A stretch of 64,000 nt of DNA. Origin: a virus (taxonomy: Duplodnaviria > Caudoviricetes). The notes beneath the pieces were generated by a model that made no database searches, was not told the origin of the DNA, and saw only the letters and a list, made by a program, of their open reading frames with translations. A program made the translations under genes and the position numbers. The stretch covers positions 3,952-67,951 of the IMG/VR virus record IMGVR_UViG_3300037424_001585, one strand, 5' to 3'. Shown here piece by piece: positions 29,499 to 37,414 of the stretch (the first letter of the stretch is position 1; each line of letters begins with the position of its first letter).

Positions 29499-32483
29499 TC
29501 ACTCCTTCCATGTGGACATGGAGCCCCACGCACCCCCCACCGTCCCGATCTTGGCCTCGGTCGGGATGTGCAACCGCCGCCCGCGCACCACGAAGGGCGC
29601 TTCCATCACACGCTTGGTGAAGCGCAGAGACTCCGGGAGGTATTGGGGAAGAGCTTGCCAATCGAGTTCATCATGGTTCTGGTGGAACAACTCGATCTCG
29701 CCTTGTCGATCAAGCTCGTCATGCACCATAATGATCGCCTGGTTCATCAACCACGCGACGGTGCTGGAGGGGAAGAAGGCAAGCGCATCCTTCAACCGAT
29801 TGTGCTCATCAGGATCACGGAGCGGGCGGCAGTATCCGAAACAGTTCTGCACGATCCCGCGATTGTCGGTGATGGCCTGCGCGACCTCCTGCCACCACGT
29901 CTTCAGAGGATGGAGGCTGTAGAGCACATCTTGGAAGTGCTGCACTTCTTTCTCCGTGGTCCGCTGGCCATGGATCGCGTAGTCCTTGTTGAAGGTCACC
30001 ATCGCCGTGCGGGCGGACCCGGAGTAGATCGAGTTTCCTGTAAGCGTGATCGTTCGACCCTGACGCATGACCCAAAAGCCTGTTGTGGTGCGCGGGCACC
30101 AAACCGCTTGCGATCTGCGCGCTGTGACCTTCAGCTTTTGTGCCGTGACCCACGGCTTCCCCCACCGCACGTTGCGGTTCCTAACTCCTGTATATGGCGA
30201 GACTACTCCAGCGGATTCGCTGGGATAGTGCCCAGAGAGAAAGATGGCGAGCTTGATAGCATCTAACGTTTCTCCCTCGTTCTGTGAACAGACCTGCTTT
30301 CCTTTTGAGAGCCAGCCTTCCGCTCCGTGGAAACCCTTGAGCAAGCGATTGCGCTGAATACGAGTCATCGCTAAAACGATCTGTTCTTTCGTGAGGTAGT
30401 CTCCACGCACCCGTTCCCACAGCCGTTGGGAGTATGCCCCTCGAAGGATGAATGTCGTTAGTGAGCGCTCTCTGCCGCCGTATCGCCGTTGTCGATGAAC
30501 ATGGTGCGGAATCCGCTTGAGCAGGAAGCGTAGACGCTTCAGCCCAGCCGGTTTTGCTTGGTACAATCGAAGTTCGCACTTCACGCGCTTCCCGCCAGCT
30601 TGTGCTGTTGCTCCGACATACTTACCACGAAGGATTGAACCGTCACCCCATAACCAGCCGAGCAATTCCGCCTCCAACGGCGTGATGTCGAGACTCTGCT
30701 CCTGCTCGAAAACCGCTGTGCGAATGATCTCATCACGCATGCAGTTGAGGGTTGCCGCTGTAACTACATGGGGAAACTTGTTTCGACGTTCATGGTGGTA
30801 GCGAGTTCCGGCCCAGCGATGGTTCGGCGTGCATTCAACAGCGAATCGTGTGTTTGCTACGCGGACAACAGGGGCCTTTTGATAATGGTAGACCTTGGTG
30901 ACGGTGTCCCACACAAGATTTGCGCCGTTGTATCCAACCACCATCTCGCCAACACGGATTTCATCATGCCGCTTCCACCCTGTGGACGTGAGAATCTCTG
31001 TTCGTTCGGGCACGCAGAGGAACCCTAGGTTCTTGCTCGTGACGTACACCTTGGGGTGCAGGGTTTTCACCTCGCTCGCCTTGCAGGAGAGATGGAAAGC
31101 TTCTTTCGCGTGTGTGCCGTGCGCGCTCTCCCCCTTGAGCATCCGGTCGATCCATTCGGTGTCGCCTGCGTAGGCCCAGCACAAGAACATCTCCGCACCA
31201 GCGTAATCCCGGCTTGCCAATTGGAATCCCTCATCTGCGCACATCACCCCGCGCGTGTCGTAGAGCGGGTCCATCGTGGCGATCTTGTTCGCCTGATTCT
31301 GGAGATTCGTGTTTCCGGTGACGCAGATACGTCCGTGCCTACGGACAAGGAAGTATGAGGTCTCAGTAGTCACACAGTACACCAAGCCACAGTGCGCCGA
31401 CCGTTGGAAGTGTTTCGCCTCTGACCAAAGAGCGCTACGCGGCTTGATGGCCACAGTGTACAGAGGTTGCGCAGTGTGCTCACCATAGCTCCCACGATTC
31501 CGATTGGCGCAGACGCGGATGCTTGCTGAGTATCCGGTTAGATGCGCAGTTGTCGCTATCCATTCCGCATTCTCACGGAGCACGGTGAAGTACATCCAAC
31601 TGCGGCTGCGACGTGTCGCGTCCCAGAATTGTGTCTCTTCAACAAACGCACGAAGCGCAGGGAGCGGCCACGAAAGCAGCCATGCCCCATATTGTTTCTC
31701 TCGACCGAGCCACCGCAGCATGAACTGCGCGCCGTCCGGGAGATAAAACCGCGTGTATCCCTTGGGTACTCCGCCGCTTGTCGTCCACCACTTCCACCCG
31801 GCTTCATTCAACAAGCGCTTGAGACGGCGCACCTTTCGACGCTTTTTGAATTGCCAGCGCAGCGAGCGGAGGCTGCCCTTACAGAATGATCCATCGGCCT
31901 GAAATGCGGCAAGCAGTCTCGCCTCAGTGACGGAGATTTCTGCCACACCGCCTTGATACCGTCCGCTTACCGGAAGCAGACAAGCACGGAAGTGCGCAAC
32001 GGTATCGGCACGATCCTCACGCCAGTCTCTATCTTTGGCGTTGCGGTATGGGACACGGTGACTCGGCGTGTACGCTAGTTGATGGAACCACGATTTCGCC
32101 TCAAGGAGTTCCCCTGTGAAATGCGCTCGGGTCAACGGCGCATCCTGGCACCACGAGAGCGTATCGTCCGGGGACCATTGCAGAACAGTGGTCGGGCCTT
32201 TAAGATGATCGAATCTTGTCCATCCTGTAGGGGTGAGTACCTCTGCATCCCCAGTTAAGCACATGGCTTCTTCCGTGATTCCTCCTGAAGAGGCCAAGCG
32301 CATGTTCGTGGTCGCGACGGAGAGATTGGTATGCACGCGTCCATCGCTGCCGGGACGAAGCCGGTTCAACATCCCGTGGATCGTCCGGTCCCGCTTCCCG
32401 CGCTGGATCGGGGTGAGGACTTCGCGCACCAACTGCTTGCGCGCGGGAAGGGAGGCGAGATGGTCACGGAGGGTGGTGGTCAT
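29499..32483 (-). CDS. polA: DNA polymerase family A, C-terminal (thumb-fingers-palm) part, with two inteins
   Basis: DGRVHT..., RLASS..(intein)TNLQN, motif A DYAGAE, motif B KNLGFL(intein)SIYS, motif C HDEL; ATG overlaps the upstream stop. Confidence 0.9.
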   Translation of the reverse strand: MTTTLRDHLASLPARKQLVREVLTPIQRGKRDRTIHGMLNRLRPGSDGRVHTNLSVATTNMRLASSGGITEEAMCLTGDAEVLTPTGWTRFDHLKGPTTVLQWSPDDTLSWCQDAPLTRAHFTGELLEAKSWFHQLAYTPSHRVPYRNAKDRDWREDRADTVAHFRACLLPVSGRYQGGVAEISVTEARLLAAFQADGSFCKGSLRSLRWQFKKRRKVRRLKRLLNEAGWKWWTTSGGVPKGYTRFYLPDGAQFMLRWLGREKQYGAWLLSWPLPALRAFVEETQFWDATRRSRSWMYFTVLRENAEWIATTAHLTGYSASIRVCANRNRGSYGEHTAQPLYTVAIKPRSALWSEAKHFQRSAHCGLVYCVTTETSYFLVRRHGRICVTGNTNLQNQANKIATMDPLYDTRGVMCADEGFQLASRDYAGAEMFLCWAYAGDTEWIDRMLKGESAHGTHAKEAFHLSCKASEVKTLHPKVYVTSKNLGFLCVPERTEILTSTGWKRHDEIRVGEMVVGYNGANLVWDTVTKVYHYQKAPVVRVANTRFAVECTPNHRWAGTRYHHERRNKFPHVVTAATLNCMRDEIIRTAVFEQEQSLDITPLEAELLGWLWGDGSILRGKYVGATAQAGGKRVKCELRLYQAKPAGLKRLRFLLKRIPHHVHRQRRYGGRERSLTTFILRGAYSQRLWERVRGDYLTKEQIVLAMTRIQRNRLLKGFHGAEGWLSKGKQVCSQNEGETLDAIKLAIFLSGHYPSESAGVVSPYTGVRNRNVRWGKPWVTAQKLKVTARRSQAVWCPRTTTGFWVMRQGRTITLTGNSIYSGSARTAMVTFNKDYAIHGQRTTEKEVQHFQDVLYSLHPLKTWWQEVAQAITDNRGIVQNCFGYCRPLRDPDEHNRLKDALAFFPSSTVAWLMNQAIIMVHDELDRQGEIELFHQNHDELDWQALPQYLPESLRFTKRVMEAPFVVRGRRLHIPTEAKIGTVGGAWGSMSTWKE
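30033..31016 (-). mobile_element. intein 2 (328 aa) with LAGLIDADG endonuclease, inserted in PolA motif B
   Basis: Starts CVPERTEILTSTGW; block B CTPNHRW; LLGWLWGDG and LLKGFHGAEG; ends CPRTTTGFWVMRQGRTITLTGN followed by Ser. Confidence 0.9.
31311..32261 (-). mobile_element. intein 1 (317 aa) with LAGLIDADG-type endonuclease, inserted before TNLQN
   Basis: Starts CLTGDAEVLTPTGW; TPSHRV; LLAAFQADG; ends CVTTETSYFLVRRHGRICVTGN followed by Thr. Confidence 0.9.
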
Positions 32484-32638
32484 CCTAGCACGCGCGCCGA
32501 GACAACGCACGTTGTCCCATCCCCGAGATGTACGATGATCTCCTCAAGGTGATGGTACGTAGCGCGCTCAGTATCCTTCACTTCTGGTCGCGCGCGAAGA
32601 CTCTCCTCCAGCAAGGTGAGTATGTCGTGCTTGTCCAC
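32480..32638 (-). CDS. hypothetical protein (52 aa) coupled to PolA-C start
   Basis: GAGGTGA RBS, GTG start; its stop overlaps the ATG at 32483. Confidence 0.5.
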   Translation of the reverse strand: MDKHDILTLLEESLRARPEVKDTERATYHHLEEIIVHLGDGTTCVVSARVLG

Positions 32639-32640
32639 GC

Positions 32641-32817
32641 TCACCTCGGGCTCGGTTGGCCATGCCGTTGCTCGCTCACCTGTCCCCGCACATCCACCAA
32701 CTCCCACTCCTCGGGCTGGCACCCCTCGTGGTAGTAGGAGGCGATCCGCCGCGCCTCTCCCTCTTCGTCCGCGACGACTTCTTCCACCACAGGTGGGTGT
32801 CTGAACACGTAGATCAC
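32641..32817 (-). CDS. hypothetical protein (58 aa, not in ORF track)
   Basis: Hand-translated MIYVFRHPPVVEEVVADEEGEARRIASYYHEGCQPEEWELVDV...; GTGA overlap with upstream stop. Confidence 0.45.
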   Translation of the reverse strand: MIYVFRHPPVVEEVVADEEGEARRIASYYHEGCQPEEWELVDVRGQVSEQRHGQPSPR

Positions 32818-33155
32818 GCTTCCTCCTGGCCTATGAGCCTGCCGGTGTTGGTCTCGACCTGGATACAGCGGTCATCGTACAGCACGAGCATCTCGACATC
32901 CTTGCTCGCGGTGATCGGAAGGACCTCCCCGAGATACTGCTTGCACCAGCGCTGGATGAGGACGCGTTGCCGCGCTCGCTCCTTCCCTTTGACGGCGACC
33001 CGCGCGGTTACAATTCGTACGTCTTGGCCCTCCGCGAGCCAGGTCTTCACGCGCTCGGCCATGGTGCGCACAGGGAGACCGATGTTTGTGATGTCCTGCG
33101 CATCGCTGTAGTACGCGAGTGTACCGTCTAAATCCACCCCGATCCACCCGTTCAT
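32814..33155 (-). CDS. HAD-superfamily phosphatase (Pnk-phosphatase-like)
   Basis: WIGVDLDGTL, IVTAR, LYDDR motifs. Confidence 0.75.
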   Translation of the reverse strand: MNGWIGVDLDGTLAYYSDAQDITNIGLPVRTMAERVKTWLAEGQDVRIVTARVAVKGKERARQRVLIQRWCKQYLGEVLPITASKDVEMLVLYDDRCIQVETNTGRLIGQEEA

Positions 33156-33319
33156 CGCTTCCGCCTCCCGAGCCTCCCCGCACGCCTGCACGCGACACAC
33201 GTTACTTGGTCCGCGTCCGTCGTCCCTCGCTTCGCGGGTTTCGCCTGGGGACGCAGGCCGCGCCCGCACACCACACGCTTCCCCGCGAGGAAGTGGGTCT
33301 TAGAGTCATGTTGGGTCAT
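33152..33319 (-). CDS. small Zn-finger protein, paralogue B
   Basis: KTH...VC...GTTDADQVTCVACR; similar to 34351-34572. Confidence 0.6.
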   Translation of the reverse strand: MTQHDSKTHFLAGKRVVCGRGLRPQAKPAKRGTTDADQVTCVACRRAGRLGRRKR

Positions 33320-33602
33320 CGCGCACCTCCTCGTACGACAGCACAAAGATGTCAGGCTTGCACGGGTACAGTTCGCCCTGCACGCCGCGAATAATCCAGT
33401 CATCAGTACTGACGATCAAGTTGCCTTCGAGTGTGTGGATCACGAGCGACGAGGCAACTGGGTAGAGTGCGCCCACCGTCTCGAAGCCCTTCTGCCACGC
33501 GGCGTGCAGCCATTCTGGCCAATCCACGTTGCTAGCACGATGCTCTGCCGTCATCTGGAACGCCTCGATCACGGCCGGACGTTTACGAAAGCAGTGGTTC
33601 AT
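33306..33602 (-). CDS. conserved small phage protein
   Basis: RKRPAVIEAFQ...IHTLEG...DWIIRGVQGELYPCKPDIF pattern; related to 61840-62088. Confidence 0.7.
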   Translation of the reverse strand: MNHCFRKRPAVIEAFQMTAEHRASNVDWPEWLHAAWQKGFETVGALYPVASSLVIHTLEGNLIVSTDDWIIRGVQGELYPCKPDIFVLSYEEVRDDPT

Positions 33603-34354
33603 GGGTTCCCTCTAGGTGTTTTGTCCTCCGAATTCCCCTTCTTCGTGGACGGCGTGAGCAGGAGCATGACCTTCCCGGCCCCGATCTCCGTGAGTCCCGC
33701 GACCCCGTGCTTGGTGCTTACCATTTCCTGAAGGCTCTTTTCAGCCTGCCGGAGTTGTTCAACCACAAGGAGCAGGCCGTGCCAAAGTTCGGGAGTATAG
33801 GGAAGCACCACCTTGTCTCCCCGCCCCTTGAAGCATGGGAAGCTGAACGGTTTGTCCCCATAGACTAACTCAGCCTTTGGTCCCTTCCCGTACTTGTCAC
33901 TCTGCGCATACCGCTCGTTCTCCGGGACGCAGGTCGGACTCTCCTCGTCGCACTGGTCCCAGCGCAAATCACGCCACTCGCGCTGATCCCGTGTGAGTGC
34001 GATCCAATACCGTCTGATAGTGAGGTCGAACCCCGCAGTGTGTTTCTCGGTCTCATCCCGATAGCTGTGGTGATCCGTACCTCCACTGCCGTACTCGATC
34101 TCAACAGCAGGGAGCCATTCGAGTCGATCCTCGGCGGTGGTGTGCGCGAGTTGCTTAAGCAGCCAGTCTCGCACCTCGCCGCCATCCTTGGACGCAAAAG
34201 GTTCGGTGAGGAGATCGGTGTCATTCTCCCGCGCGAAGAACCACATGCCACCCTTATCGAGCCGAACGACTCCCGTGCGCTTGGTCTTGGGATGCTCGAC
34301 CCGCTCGATGATGGCGCCCTTGTACTTGCGCCCGTGATAGGTTCTGGGTCTCAC
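33599..34354 (-). CDS. hypothetical protein
   Basis: GTGA overlap start; about 250 aa. Confidence 0.6.
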   Translation of the reverse strand: MRPRTYHGRKYKGAIIERVEHPKTKRTGVVRLDKGGMWFFARENDTDLLTEPFASKDGGEVRDWLLKQLAHTTAEDRLEWLPAVEIEYGSGGTDHHSYRDETEKHTAGFDLTIRRYWIALTRDQREWRDLRWDQCDEESPTCVPENERYAQSDKYGKGPKAELVYGDKPFSFPCFKGRGDKVVLPYTPELWHGLLLVVEQLRQAEKSLQEMVSTKHGVAGLTEIGAGKVMLLLTPSTKKGNSEDKTPRGNP

Positions 34355-34572
34355 GCGTGCATCCTCTTTCCCAGCTTCCCCACCTTCCGGCACGCGACAC
34401 AGGTCACCGCGTCAGGATCGGTCGTTCCGTACTTCGCCTGCTTTGTGCGTGGAAGCTTTCCGTGCTCGCAGACAGGTTTGTTGGGATAGAGGTAGTGAGT
34501 CTTATTCTTGGTCTTCACTTCCGTGCCCCTCCCTCTGCCCAGATCATGAGCCGTCAGCGAACGTGTTTCCAT
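34351..34572 (-). CDS. small Zn-finger protein, paralogue A
   Basis: KTH...VC...GTTDPDAVTCVACR. Confidence 0.6.
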   Translation of the reverse strand: METRSLTAHDLGRGRGTEVKTKNKTHYLYPNKPVCEHGKLPRTKQAKYGTTDPDAVTCVACRKVGKLGKRMHA

Positions 34573-35219
34573 GAATAGTATTTGCTATTCGTCATAACAG
34601 CGCCGAGTGTGACTGTAGAAACACCGTACTGTTTGGCAAGGTGGCGGCTTAGCGTTCGCAACGCACGAACGTCTTTACTTGTGAGGATGCTGTGCATTCT
34701 CCCTCGTTGTACTGCCTCACGTATGTTCTCTTGGTGCGTGCCTAGTCGCAGATGCCTAGGATTCACGCACCGAGGATTGTCGCACTTGTGCAGGATGAAC
34801 AGTCCGTTGGGAACTGCTTTTCTCCCTGTCGCAAAGTACCAAGCTACACGATGTGCCCGTTCCGGCTTGCCAGTCACACCTGTCGAACCGTACCCATGCG
34901 AGGCACGACCGCCAGTCCACCACCAGCACTTGCGAGTTTTCTCCACCCGCATCCAAAAAGCGTATGCTGATTCTGTGAGACAGAGATGCGATGGGCGAAC
35001 ACAGAGTGGTTCACCGCACACCCGCAGAACTTTGCTTTTTCGCGTCAGTGTACGGCGCAGCACTCGCCGCCAAACAAAGAGATGAGCATGCTGATTTTTG
35101 TAGAGCCCTGACGGTGTGGTGTGCGCAAAATCTGCTGCTCCTAGCCATAACCAACACGAGCGAGTCTTTTGCACGTAGGACCAGAAATTGGCATAGCGCA
35201 CCGCAACCCTCCTAGACAT
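34554..35219 (-). CDS. HNH homing endonuclease (duplicated HNH_3-like unit) overlapping the PolA-N stop
   Basis: CWLWLG and CWWWTG repeats; AHRVAW; LHKCDNPRCVNPRHL; C-terminal helix-turn-helix. Confidence 0.85.
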   Translation of the reverse strand: MSRRVAVRYANFWSYVQKTRSCWLWLGAADFAHTTPSGLYKNQHAHLFVWRRVLRRTLTRKSKVLRVCGEPLCVRPSHLCLTESAYAFWMRVEKTRKCWWWTGGRASHGYGSTGVTGKPERAHRVAWYFATGRKAVPNGLFILHKCDNPRCVNPRHLRLGTHQENIREAVQRGRMHSILTSKDVRALRTLSRHLAKQYGVSTVTLGAVMTNSKYYSWKHVR

Positions 35220-36921
35220 TTTGGCTACTCCACAACAATAATCGTATGGTAGCCATTTCGTCCATATGTGTCTTCCCCTTGAACACCCACTGCGGAGCGC
35301 CGACATGTTGGTAGAGCAACAAGGAGAGCTGATCCCGAGAAAATGGATTGAAGACCCATCGTGAGGTCTTACCGTTGCCTCTGCACGTCCGGCACGGCGG
35401 CAGGAAGTCCTTGAGATCGCTGACTCGTGTCGCATCGAGGTGTTCCTGACGGATCACGAAACTGGTCCCGTCTGTGCGCGCCTTCGCTCCGAGGTACTCG
35501 ATCTTGCGTTTGGGCATGGCGGGGAGCCCGGCACAACGCCAGCAACGTGATCCCGCGCCGTTGCAACAGGCGCATTGCTTCGTTTTCTTGAAGTCCTCGA
35601 TCTGATGCTCCTCGATGTACGCGAGCGCGGCCTTCGCGGAGAGGGCCTTGGCTTCCTCCGCGCGGGCGTGCAAGGTCTGCATCCGCTCCACGCGCAGTTT
35701 CTCGTCAATCGGCCAGCCTCGGCGCGTCATGGTGATGCAGCGGAGATTCGTCTCGAAGGCGAGGCGGTACTGCGGCTCCCGGTGCTGATGCTGGACTTCT
35801 TTCCACAACGCATCCCACCGTCGCCGGGTCACATAGCTATCCCGCCCCGCCATGACGTAGAGCAGGGCAAGATCATTGGGATCGTCACTGTCTTCAGGAG
35901 GATAGCCAGAGACCCAATCAGGAAACTCAGGACGATGCCAAGCACTCTTCCACCAGGGCACATTGAGACCATGATCCCCTCCGATCCCAATCGTCGCGAT
36001 GGACGCCAAGCCTTTGCGGGTCAGCCGTCCCTTGTCCTCCTCGTCATGGAAGGCAAGCTCCGGTTCCAGCCCGTTCCCCCAGGCGGTCTGGGTATCGTCG
36101 GTGTAGAGAGCAGTCGGGAAGCCATCACGATCTAGAATGTCCACGTCGTACTGACCGTTGTGCGCAACGCCTCGAAGCCCTTTCCGTCCCGCGAGCACTT
36201 CCCGCATCCATCGGAAGCCCTGCCCGTATTTCGCGACATACGGTTGAAGCGAATCGCCTGTGAAGCCACAACAAAACGCTTTGCCGCCGAACCGTGTTTC
36301 GATGTCGAACGCAAGAGCGGTGTTCGTGAGAAGCGCCTGCGCGATTGTGGAGGAGGAGAGCGTGCGCACCTCGGGGAACTCCTCGCGGGGGAGTTTCCCC
36401 TGGAGCCATGCTTTCGCCCGCCCCCAATCTCTCCGCAAGAGTTCATACCCCGGCACGATCTTCCGCGCGGCGCCTGCTGGATGAAGAATCGTGTAGACCC
36501 AGCCAACCTTGCTCTCCCAGAAGTACCCGCGCCGATCCTCGATCCCCTTCGCGCCGAAGATATCTCTCCCACCTGTGGGCCAGTCAGGGACAAAGTGATA
36601 CGCGGCCTCATTCCCCATCGTGATGATGAGCTTGGGCTTGAGGCGCTTGACGAGCTTATCCAGTGCGGCACGTCCGGCGGCGACATCTTCCGGCCGGTGC
36701 CGCTTGAAGTCATCGCCAGGAGGGCGGGTTTCTGGGACCACGTTGGTGAGGTTCAGGTCCTCTCTTCGGAATCCTCCGTAGCTCGCGACCTCATCGTGGA
36801 GTTGTCCGGCCGGACCAATGAGGGGACGCTCTTCCGCCTCCTCGTACTCCCCGTAGTCCCGCGCGACGACAAGCACTTGTCCTGGCTTGTCCACGTTGAT
36901 CTCCGCGCCGTGGGCGATCAT
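35212..36921 (-). CDS. polA: DNA polymerase family A, N-terminal part: UDG-like + 3'-5' exonuclease + thumb with Zn finger
   Basis: PLIGPAG, LTNVV, PKLIITMG, LHPA (UDG family 4-like); FDIET, AHNGQYD, GRDS (Exo I-III); RGWPID; FNPFSRDQL. Confidence 0.88.
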   Translation of the reverse strand: MIAHGAEINVDKPGQVLVVARDYGEYEEAEERPLIGPAGQLHDEVASYGGFRREDLNLTNVVPETRPPGDDFKRHRPEDVAAGRAALDKLVKRLKPKLIITMGNEAAYHFVPDWPTGGRDIFGAKGIEDRRGYFWESKVGWVYTILHPAGAARKIVPGYELLRRDWGRAKAWLQGKLPREEFPEVRTLSSSTIAQALLTNTALAFDIETRFGGKAFCCGFTGDSLQPYVAKYGQGFRWMREVLAGRKGLRGVAHNGQYDVDILDRDGFPTALYTDDTQTAWGNGLEPELAFHDEEDKGRLTRKGLASIATIGIGGDHGLNVPWWKSAWHRPEFPDWVSGYPPEDSDDPNDLALLYVMAGRDSYVTRRRWDALWKEVQHQHREPQYRLAFETNLRCITMTRRGWPIDEKLRVERMQTLHARAEEAKALSAKAALAYIEEHQIEDFKKTKQCACCNGAGSRCWRCAGLPAMPKRKIEYLGAKARTDGTSFVIRQEHLDATRVSDLKDFLPPCRTCRGNGKTSRWVFNPFSRDQLSLLLYQHVGAPQWVFKGKTHMDEMATIRLLLWSSQNV

Positions 36922-37169
36922 GGATTTCGTTTCCCTACCGCTTCACGTAGTGCGCGATAGAGCAGGTCCCACGGCCCAAGGCGCGATCGTGGGAAGTTTT
37001 GCACGCTCCCCTGTTTCCACACGCCCGGTCGTCCGATGTGCTTCATCACCTTGAAAGTGTAATGGCCGTTCGTTGGCGTGCCGGACCCATCATTGGCAAT
37101 GGTGAGCACACCTTTCTTCTCGACCTCCCCAGTGCGCGCGGAGTGAACCTCGATGCGGACGACGATCAT
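36918..37169 (-). CDS. conserved hypothetical phage protein
   Basis: IANDGSGTPTNGHY...FPRSRLGPWDLLYRAL; coupled. Confidence 0.65.
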   Translation of the reverse strand: MIVVRIEVHSARTGEVEKKGVLTIANDGSGTPTNGHYTFKVMKHIGRPGVWKQGSVQNFPRSRLGPWDLLYRALREAVGKRNP

Positions 37170-37414
37170 GGCGACTCAAAGCCCCGCAGGGCATTCAGCT
37201 TGGGCATCAACAGGTTGTATGCCTCATGCAGAAGCGGGGTCCCTACCAAGTACCGCGCATTGTGCTGCGCCGCGAAGATCGCCTCTGGCAAAGAGACATC
37301 CTCCAATAAGCCCATCACCCCCACCCCTGCCGTCGCGACCACCTTGAGCACAATCGCCTCGTGCTCGGTCATTGTGAGTTGGACGAGGCGAATCTCAGGA
37401 GAAGGAGCGGTCAT
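37166..37414 (-). CDS. hypothetical protein
   Basis: Coupled 82-aa ORF. Confidence 0.5.
   Translation of the reverse strand: MTAPSPEIRLVQLTMTEHEAIVLKVVATAGVGVMGLLEDVSLPEAIFAAQHNARYLVGTPLLHEAYNLLMPKLNALRGFESP

Noticed and set aside
32483-35235. Group I intron explaining the polymerase gap
   Set aside because: No P7-type core motifs were seen by eye, the gap is filled by eight ordinary coupled ORFs, and the C-half has its own start. Kept only as a testable alternative.
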